Source: a virus
Taxonomy: Duplodnaviria; Caudoviricetes
DNA length: 27,802 nucleotides
IMG/VR virus record: IMGVR_UViG_3300010376_000109
Location: 1 to 27,802 of that record
Strand: one strand, 5' to 3'
The position numbers and the translations under genes are program-made. Within the stretch, counting starts at the first letter, position 1. The number at the start of each line of letters is the position of its first letter. Below the pieces are notes generated by a model that saw nothing but the letters and a program-made list of their open reading frames with translations, ran no database searches and had not been told where the DNA came from. Of this stretch, positions 8,384 to 14,535 are shown in pieces.

Positions 8384-8424
8384 CGCTCCTCGCGCTCGCC
8401 GTCCTGCTCGCCACCTGGCGCTAG
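8359..8424 (+). CDS. 21-aa hydrophobic micropeptide
   Basis: MVRTLRFLALLALAVLLATWR; overlaps the end of the previous gene. Confidence 0.35.
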   Translation: MVRTLRFLALLALAVLLATWR

Positions 8425-8494
8425 CGCGCAGGACAGTCTCCCCTCACGCGCAGTGCAGCCCCGGAGCGGCCAGAAAAACCCGCTCCGGGGCCAG

Positions 8495-8575
8495 CTGCCT
8501 GTCGGAGCCTCTAGCCTCCAGCGCGCGCGACGCGCACGCGAGAGGCTCCAGAAAGCCCCGTGGTACACTGGCCGC
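8495..8575 (+). promoter_or_regulatory. degenerate CTGT-box promoter copy 5, probably leaderless
   Basis: CTGCCTGTCG 8495-8504; CGTGG-TACACT (-10 8564-8569); ATG 6 nt downstream, no SD. Confidence 0.55.
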
Positions 8576-8974
8576 ATGGCAAAAATCACGCTCCCCCCAG
8601 GAACCCCGCAGGCGACGTCCCCGACGTCGCACGCGGACGAAATCGCTGCGCTCCGCGCGCAGCTGGCGACCGCGCGCGCCGACAACGCACGGCTCAGCAA
8701 CCAGCTTGCCCAGGAGAAGCCCACGCGCGAAATCAAAGCCGCTCGCGTCCAGCTGAACCTCCTCGGCACGCGCAAGGAGAACGGCAAAGAAAACACCGGC
8801 TACGTCACCCTGTTCGCGAGCGACGACCCCGAGACCGGTCGCTCACGCGGCTGCGCCAACGGATCCGTAGGATTCTGGAGAGAAATCGTGGGGTTACTGG
8901 CCGATAAGCCATCCGAGTTTGCTCGCGCGATGCTGGCCGCGATCACGCAGCACGAAGCCAACCTGCGCCCGTAG
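8576..8974 (+). CDS. hypothetical protein with coiled coil (132 aa)
   Basis: MAKITLPPG...EIAALRAQLATARADNARLSNQLA; flanked by a promoter and a terminator. Confidence 0.7.
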   Translation: MAKITLPPGTPQATSPTSHADEIAALRAQLATARADNARLSNQLAQEKPTREIKAARVQLNLLGTRKENGKENTGYVTLFASDDPETGRSRGCANGSVGFWREIVGLLADKPSEFARAMLAAITQHEANLRP

Positions 8975-8988
8975 GCGCGACCCCCTCG

Positions 8989-9027
8989 AAAGCCCCTCAC
9001 GCGATCCCGCGTGGGGGGCTTTTTTTT
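8989..9027 (+). terminator. rho-independent terminator
   Basis: AGCCCCTCACGCG-ATCC-CGCGTGGGGGGCT followed by a T run. Confidence 0.9.
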
Positions 9028-9040
9028 GCCCTGCTCGCGC

Positions 9041-9121
9041 GCGTAGGAGCCCCGGAGAGCCCCGCGCGAGGGAGAGCCTAGGCCAGGAGAGCCCCCCTCG
9101 CGCGCGCCGGGCTCTGCGCTC
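9041..9121. repeat. GAGAGCCCC-armed hairpin element, copy C
   Basis: TAGGAGCCCCGGAGAGCCCCGC; inner stem CGCGCGAGGG/CCCTCGCGCG; closing GGGCTCT. Confidence 0.65.
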
Positions 9122-9338
9122 AAGCTGTGCGCCCCAACGCGCGAAGCACCCCTCGCGCGCACCCCCATGCCCGCGCGCGATGCGCTTGGCTGGGGCTGAG
9201 AGCCCCGGCGGCCGGCCACTCAAACCGCCCCGCTCGACCCCCCTCGACTCGTCACGGTCGCCCGCTACACGCAGGACGAAAATCGGGAGTGATGGGGATG
9301 ACAGATGTGACGGGATGTGATAGGCGTAGCGGCCAGCT

Positions 9339-9539
9339 ATGAAGATCATGCTCGATCTCGATCCGAGGGTGCACGCGGTGTTCAAGGAGGTGGCGTGGCA
9401 ACGACGGATGACCTTAAAGGGCTTGCTGGGCGAATCGTTGGAGGGGCTGGCGGAGATGATCGCCAAGCAGAACAAGGTGGTGGTACCAGGCGGACGTCGG
9501 GAGGACGGACGGGTGGAGGGGGTGCAGGAGAAGCGGTGA
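9339..9539 (+). CDS. ribbon-helix-helix-like protein 1
   Basis: MKIMLDLDPRVHAVFKEVAWQRRMTLKGLLGESLE beta-alpha-alpha pattern. Confidence 0.65.
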   Translation: MKIMLDLDPRVHAVFKEVAWQRRMTLKGLLGESLEGLAEMIAKQNKVVVPGGRREDGRVEGVQEKR

Positions 9540-9572
9540 CGTCCACGGAGCCGGATTTTTTGGAGGGTGGAG

Positions 9573-9791
9573 ATGGTGACCGTGGAGTTGTGGGTGCGGT
9601 GGAACGGGGAGGTGATCGGGGGCATCGTGGAGGACGTCGCGATGGGGGAGGACGCGCAGCTGGCGGGGTGGTTTCAGCAGGTGGTGTGGGCGGCGGCGCG
9701 GGCGATGGGGGGCGGGTTGGCGGACATGTCGAACTTTCTGGACGCGCATCCGGAGGTGTTGCGGGCGATCCTGGGCCACTTGCACGCTTGA
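9573..9791 (+). CDS. hypothetical protein (72 aa)
   Basis: GGAGGG SD; MVTVELWVRWNGEVIGG... Confidence 0.6.
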   Translation: MVTVELWVRWNGEVIGGIVEDVAMGEDAQLAGWFQQVVWAAARAMGGGLADMSNFLDAHPEVLRAILGHLHA

Positions 9792-9919
9792 AGGCGTTGA
9801 CGGCGGCGCAGCAGGCGGAGTGGCCGGAGAAGTGGGGGGAGAGGCTGAATCCGAAGGATCCGGTGGGGACGCGGGTGTGGTGGGCGTGGATGCGGCGGAC
9901 GGGGAGGAAGCCGGCGTGA
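9788..9919 (+). CDS. 43-aa Trp-rich ORF
   Basis: TTGA and GTGA overlaps at both ends. Confidence 0.4.
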   Translation: MKALTAAQQAEWPEKWGERLNPKDPVGTRVWWAWMRRTGRKPA

Positions 9920-10224
9920 CGGAGCGGCTGTGTCCGGTGTGTGGGCGACCAGGGGAGAGTTTTTCGGCGGCGCTGCGGTTGTTGGAGACGACGCGGCAGT
10001 TGGTGGGGGTGGAGCAGCGGCTGGCGCAGGCGTTGATGGCGCAGTTTGCGGTGGGGATTTTGGCGTATCCGGAGGCGGTGGCGGTCCTGCCGGCGACGTT
10101 GGTGACGGTGTTGCGGCAGGTGGTGGCGGACGCGGGGGAGATGCAGCCGGTGAATTGGGAGAAGCCGGAGTGGGTGGAGTTGCTGGCGACGTGGCGGCGG
10201 GAGTGGGGCGGAGGCGGGGAGTGA
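9916..10224 (+). CDS. hypothetical protein with N-terminal CPVC (102 aa)
   Basis: GGAGG SD, GTGA overlap. Confidence 0.6.
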   Translation: MTERLCPVCGRPGESFSAALRLLETTRQLVGVEQRLAQALMAQFAVGILAYPEAVAVLPATLVTVLRQVVADAGEMQPVNWEKPEWVELLATWRREWGGGGE

Positions 10225-10430
10225 CGTGGCCGGTGCGGTGGAAGTGGGCGGTGGCGCGGTTGACGCCGGAGCAGCGGCAGCGGGTGGTGTGGCTGTGTTG
10301 GCGGGCGCTGGCGCGGGTGGAGCGGGAGCGGGCGGTGTCGCCCGAGGTGGCGGAGGCGGTGGCGGAGATGACGGCGCGATTTCCGGGGTGGCGGCGGTGT
10401 GCGCGGACGGACAGCGGGAAGGCGAGGTGA
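10221..10430 (+). CDS. hypothetical Trp/Arg-rich protein (69 aa)
   Basis: GGAGG SD, GTGA overlap; MTWPVRWKWAVARLTPEQRQRVVWLCW... Confidence 0.55.
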   Translation: MTWPVRWKWAVARLTPEQRQRVVWLCWRALARVERERAVSPEVAEAVAEMTARFPGWRRCARTDSGKAR

Positions 10431-10434
10431 GCGG

Positions 10435-10665
10435 ATGAAGCCTGAGGCACGTTCGCAGCTGGCGGTGACGATCCCATGGGAGTTGCGGCAGCGGGTCCGG
10501 GTGCAGGCGGTCGAGGACGGCGTGACCGTTGGGGAGTGGGTGACGGACGCGCTGCGGGCGCACATGGAGCGTGTCGAGCAGGCGCAGTTTGCTCGCGTGA
10601 TGGCACGCGGCGTGCGCAGCCGGCTGGTGCGCGAGCGCTTGCGCGCGATGCTGGGGTCGGTTTAA
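10435..10665 (+). CDS. ribbon-helix-helix-like protein 2
   Basis: GAGGTG SD; SQLAVTIPWELRQRVRVQAVEDGVTVGEWVTDAL. Confidence 0.75.
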   Translation: MKPEARSQLAVTIPWELRQRVRVQAVEDGVTVGEWVTDALRAHMERVEQAQFARVMARGVRSRLVRERLRAMLGSV

Positions 10666-10817
10666 GCGATGCCGAGCGCGTGCAGAATTTCCTGCTGGTT
10701 TTGGTAGAGAATGACGAGCAGGAACGTCCACGTACTCAGGACGGCGAGGATTGACGCGCGTGTCCAACTCGATCCCACGTACCGCAGTACGAGCCGAGCC
10801 AGATCGGTAGGTTTCAT
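10662..10817 (-). CDS. 51-aa single-TM protein, the only plausible minus-strand gene
   Basis: MKPTDLARLVLRYVGSSWTRASILAVLSTWTFLLVILYQNQQEILHALGIA; fills an otherwise empty gap; convergent stop overlap TTAA. Confidence 0.5.
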   Translation of the reverse strand: MKPTDLARLVLRYVGSSWTRASILAVLSTWTFLLVILYQNQQEILHALGIA

Positions 10818-10862
10818 TGTGCATCGGGGGACGCTGGACGCTGCCGCAGTGTGTCACGCGTG

Positions 10863-11057
10863 ATGGAGCGGCGCTGGCATGTCGGCTGCGGGTGTGGCTG
10901 GGAGCATGGCGAGCCGGTGCCGTTGGAGCAGGCGAAGGCGTTGGCGGCGGCGCATGAGGCGCAGTGGCCGGGGGATCGCACGGTGATTGCGCGCTGGCGG
11001 TCGGAGAAGCCGGTGCGGGATGTGCCGGGGATCGCCAGACGGCTGACGCGGCGGTAG
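10863..11057 (+). CDS. small CxCGW...H Zn-binding-type phage protein
   Basis: WHVGCGCGWEHG...AKALAAAHEAQW; start could be GTG 10851. Confidence 0.55.
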   Translation: MERRWHVGCGCGWEHGEPVPLEQAKALAAAHEAQWPGDRTVIARWRSEKPVRDVPGIARRLTRR

Positions 11058-11058
11058 G

Positions 11059-11466
11059 ATGGTCTGGCCGAAGGAGATGCCGGGGATGGTGGAGACGCTG
11101 GAGGGGGAGGAGTACCGTGACGGCGAGGCAGTGACGCAGCTGGCGACCCGGATCCCGAAGCGGCTGCAGCGGGCATTCAAGCTGCACTGCACGAAGCATG
11201 CGCTCGGGATTGGCGTCTCGATCACGGAGGCGCTGGAGGACTGGCTGTATCACCGGCTGATCGACGAGCGCGAGGCGGGGGCGTCCATCGATCCGGTGGA
11301 GATCGCCGGGCTGCAGCCGCACCAGCAGACACTGCTCCGGGAGCGGAGCTACCAACTGGTCGGACGCGGGGTACGATCCCCGCATGCGCCGGGCGGACGT
11401 CGTACAGCTGCTAGCCGGGATCCGGGACGATCCCCAGCCGCTGCTCGAACGCCTCGCGTGGATTGA
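11059..11466 (+). CDS. ribbon-helix-helix-like protein 3, overlapping terL
   Basis: VTQLATRIPKRLQRAFKLHCTKHALGIGVSITEALEDWL; start may be a downstream ATG after AAGGAG. Confidence 0.65.
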   Translation: MVWPKEMPGMVETLEGEEYRDGEAVTQLATRIPKRLQRAFKLHCTKHALGIGVSITEALEDWLYHRLIDEREAGASIDPVEIAGLQPHQQTLLRERSYQLVGRGVRSPHAPGGRRTAASRDPGRSPAAARTPRVD

Positions 11467-13228
11467 CACCAAGCAGCTGCCGGGGCAGCCGGCACGCACC
11501 CGGCTCGTCTTCAACCGCGCGCAGCAGACGGTGCATGCGGCCTTGCTGGCGCAGGCGGCAGCCGGGATGCCGAAGCGCGGGATCGTGCTCAAAGCCCGGC
11601 AGCCGGGGATCTCGACGCAAGCCTGCGGGTACTGTGCGGCGACGGCCTTGCGTCCCCACGCCGGAGCGATGATCATCTCGCATCGCGAGGACTTGTCGGC
11701 GGCGCTCCACCGCAAGACCAAAGCGATCTTGACCGGGTTCACGCCGACCTTGCCGATCAAGTTTGGCGTGGCCCGGCGGGATGAACTGGTGCTGGACGCG
11801 ATCCGCTGCGATGACGGCGACCTTGCGCTGCACTCGACGGTGCAGTGTGCGACGGCGGGAGTGGGCTCGGCGGAGGGGGGCCGTGGCGTGACGCTGCAGT
11901 GGGTCCACCTCTCCGAGTACGCGGCGTTTCCCAATGCCGCGCAAACCCTCGTTGCCACACTCCAAGCCGTGCCGCCCACCCCGCAGTCGGGTGTCGTGAT
12001 CGAGTCCACGGCGAGAGGGATGGGCAACAGCTTCCACCATGAATGGCTGCGCGCCGAGGAAGGGGCGTCAGGGTTCACTCCGATTTTCATTGGCTGGCCG
12101 TTGATTGAGGAATATCAGCTGCCCATTCCACATGACGGCGACGCCGACTTCGCGCCCGATGAGTTGGAGTTGCTCGGGCAGTACCAGCTCACCCCCGAGC
12201 AGATCTGGTGGCGGCGGTATGTGATCAACACGCAGTGCGCCGGTCAGGTGGAGTTTTTCAATCAGGAATATCCCTTGACCCCGGCCGAGGCGTTTATCGT
12301 GTCGGGTCTCCCGGCATTCCCACGCGCCGTGCTCATTCCAATGCATCAAGCCATGCTGGCCGAAAGCGGGCAGCGTTACGAGGGTGAGTGGAGCACCGCA
12401 ACCCACGTCCCAACACGGCTGCGTGGCGGTCGGCTGCGGATCTACCGTGATCCGGTAGCCAGCCACGAGTACACGATCGGGGCGGACCCGAGTGGGGGTC
12501 AGGAGGGCGGCGACCCGGCGGCAGCCTGCGTGTTCGACCGTCACAGCGGTGAGGTGGTCTGCGTGTGGCACGGACACCTGGCCCCGATTCCGTTTGCGCA
12601 GGTGCTGGACGGTCTCGGTCGCTTCTACAACGAAGCGATTGTGGCACCAGAGTTGAACAGTGGTCATGGCTTTTCCGTGGTTGAGGAATTGAAGACTAGA
12701 CAATATCCACGAATCTACGTTTGGCAACGGGTCGATAAGGTAACACATGCCGTGACCAATTTCTACGGCTGGAGCACGTCGTATCGGACCCGTCCATTAT
12801 TGATCGACAATCTCCGCCACGGCTTGGCGGAATCCGAAATCCTGGTCCGTGATCCCGCGATGATTTTGGAGTTACTCGAGTTCCAGTACATCGAAGGGCG
12901 CGCGGAAGGACTGACGCATGACGATCTCGCGATCGCGTGCATGATCGCGTTCCGCGTGCACATCGAGTATCCGATGCTCGCGACCGGGCTGCCGCCGCGT
13001 CACGTCCCTGAGACGTACGCGGAGCGGTCGCCGCCGCCGTCGTATCCCAACACCTACACGCGCGACGCGTGGGAAGGGGTGGACCGCGATCTGCAGCGGA
13101 TCCAGCATGGCAAGGGCAGCAGCTGGGCGGATTACGCGATCGGGAAGCCGAGCGCGGTGGATGGCCGGGATTTGACCGTCGAGCCGTGGGACGACAGCCT
13201 GGACGAGATGCCGGAGTGGCCCTGGTAG
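11384..13228 (+). CDS. terL: terminase large subunit
   Basis: Walker A variant VLKARQPGIST, Walker B WVHLSE, coupling motif VIESTA, RNase-H nuclease IGADPSGG and HDDLAIA. Confidence 0.95.
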   Translation: MRRADVVQLLAGIRDDPQPLLERLAWIDTKQLPGQPARTRLVFNRAQQTVHAALLAQAAAGMPKRGIVLKARQPGISTQACGYCAATALRPHAGAMIISHREDLSAALHRKTKAILTGFTPTLPIKFGVARRDELVLDAIRCDDGDLALHSTVQCATAGVGSAEGGRGVTLQWVHLSEYAAFPNAAQTLVATLQAVPPTPQSGVVIESTARGMGNSFHHEWLRAEEGASGFTPIFIGWPLIEEYQLPIPHDGDADFAPDELELLGQYQLTPEQIWWRRYVINTQCAGQVEFFNQEYPLTPAEAFIVSGLPAFPRAVLIPMHQAMLAESGQRYEGEWSTATHVPTRLRGGRLRIYRDPVASHEYTIGADPSGGQEGGDPAAACVFDRHSGEVVCVWHGHLAPIPFAQVLDGLGRFYNEAIVAPELNSGHGFSVVEELKTRQYPRIYVWQRVDKVTHAVTNFYGWSTSYRTRPLLIDNLRHGLAESEILVRDPAMILELLEFQYIEGRAEGLTHDDLAIACMIAFRVHIEYPMLATGLPPRHVPETYAERSPPPSYPNTYTRDAWEGVDRDLQRIQHGKGSSWADYAIGKPSAVDGRDLTVEPWDDSLDEMPEWPW

Positions 13229-13259
13229 CGATTCGCCGGGGAGCGGGTAGCGTTCCCCC

Positions 13260-13628
13260 ATGGCGGGAATTTTGCTCCCGGCGTTCGAGCAGAATCGCTG
13301 GGTGTTGAAGGGGCCTCTCGGGAAGAACCCGGACGGGCTGGCGGCGGTCGGACGGTGGGGGCGGCTCGCCTGTGCCCGGCCTTTCACGATCACGATCGCG
13401 CCGCTCACGGCGAGCGGGTTCATCTCGCAGGTGTCGATCTTCGTGGCGAACCAGATCCCGGAGCCGGTACTGGCGACCAACCCGGCGCTGATTCCCATCT
13501 CGGGCTCGCCGCTCGGAACGCCGATCACGGTGCCGATGACGCTCACCTACGATCTCCCGTTCGAGTGGATCATGGCGATCATCGCCTCTGGGGCGCAGCC
13601 GACAGCAGTAGACCTTGCTGCGGGCTGA
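13260..13628 (+). CDS. small beta-sandwich-type, probably virion-associated protein
   Basis: GGAG SD; beta-rich 122 aa ending YDLPFEWIMA. Confidence 0.6.
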   Translation: MAGILLPAFEQNRWVLKGPLGKNPDGLAAVGRWGRLACARPFTITIAPLTASGFISQVSIFVANQIPEPVLATNPALIPISGSPLGTPITVPMTLTYDLPFEWIMAIIASGAQPTAVDLAAG

Positions 13629-13712
13629 TCCCGCTTCTAAGGCAGGGGCTGTGGGTAATAGCTGTTCGACATCCACTTTTCCTGACGTCGGTACTATGCT
13701 ATGTCGCGCGCG

Positions 13713-13877
13713 ATGCGTGCCCCGAACCCAATCCCGGGGCGCAAGCCCGAGCGCCACCTGCGTCAAATGCAGGAGCCACGGCTTCGTCCGCAACGGACGA
13801 TCGAACCACGACCGGCGCGGGACGAACGCGCGCTGGCGCGCAGCGAGCAGCGAGGATTTCACCGATGGGATCGGTGA
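13713..13877 (+). CDS. 54-aa Arg/Pro-rich ORF
   Basis: MRAPNPIPGRKPERHLRQMQEPR...; TATGCTATGT -10-like sequence just upstream suggests a leaderless start. Confidence 0.4.
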   Translation: MRAPNPIPGRKPERHLRQMQEPRLRPQRTIEPRPARDERALARSEQRGFHRWDR

Positions 13878-14074
13878 TCAAGACGCCGAGCACGCAGCCG
13901 GCCGCGATCCCGCCGGTCTTGGACAACGTCTCCGAACTCGCGACGGTACTCAAACCGCGCTACCCACGCAGCAAGCTGGATCCGATGGGTCGGAAATTCG
14001 CGAAGGGCTTCCGCACCGCAACGATGCTCTCGGGTCCACGTCCACTCGAACGGCGACCGAGGCGACCCCGCTAG
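13865..14074 (+). CDS. 69-aa basic protein carrying a capsid-N-terminus-like motif
   Basis: GAGGA SD; PPVLDNVSELATVLK matches major capsid PAVIDNISELSAILK. Confidence 0.7.
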   Translation: MGSVIKTPSTQPAAIPPVLDNVSELATVLKPRYPRSKLDPMGRKFAKGFRTATMLSGPRPLERRPRRPR

Positions 14075-14082
14075 CGTGGGCG

Positions 14083-14535
14083 ATGCAGCGCGTGGGGGTG
14101 CTGGCTCGCACGGAGTGGGCGGACGATCAGGGCATGGTCCCGGCGCAGTGGCGCGATCTCCACGTCGCGGAACCTAGCTCGGGCTACGCACGGCTCTATC
14201 GGGCCGTGATCTTCGATGCTATGCAAGGAGTGGGCCGCTACCTCCGGGCACAGCGTCGGGGGCTGCTGTCAGACAAGCGGCAGCAGGAACGTCGGGAGCT
14301 AGCCGCGTGGCTCTCGGCTCGGGGCGTGGCGGCCTACGGCTACAAGGTTCCCTTCCAGCTGGCGATGGCTTACGGCTTCCCCGGGCTGGACGTGGACGCC
14401 ATGCGCACGGCGCTGCTCGTGGCTCTGCAGGTGATCCCGAACCAGCCGACCTATCGGCTGGCGTTCGATGACCGTGTGCTCCGCCGGCATTACGTCCGCC
14501 GGCCCCAGCGTGTGATGCCCGAGGAGGCGGCGTGA
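14083..14535 (+). CDS. conserved helical hypothetical protein (150 aa)
   Basis: MVPAQW...RLYRAVIFDAMQ...AWL...PFQ...GLDVDAMRTAL resembles a family I recall from Candidatus Binatia; GTGA overlap with the next gene. Confidence 0.6.
   Translation: MQRVGVLARTEWADDQGMVPAQWRDLHVAEPSSGYARLYRAVIFDAMQGVGRYLRAQRRGLLSDKRQQERRELAAWLSARGVAAYGYKVPFQLAMAYGFPGLDVDAMRTALLVALQVIPNQPTYRLAFDDRVLRRHYVRRPQRVMPEEAA

Noticed and set aside
9382-12090. 902-aa minus-strand ORF and other long antisense ORFs here
   Set aside because: Pro/Arg-rich shadow frames caused by the extreme G skew; coupled + strand genes with SDs explain the region
13615-14082. N-terminal half of the 306-aa ORF 13615..14535
   Set aside because: Not protein-like; better explained by ORFs 13713 and 13865 plus a start at 14083
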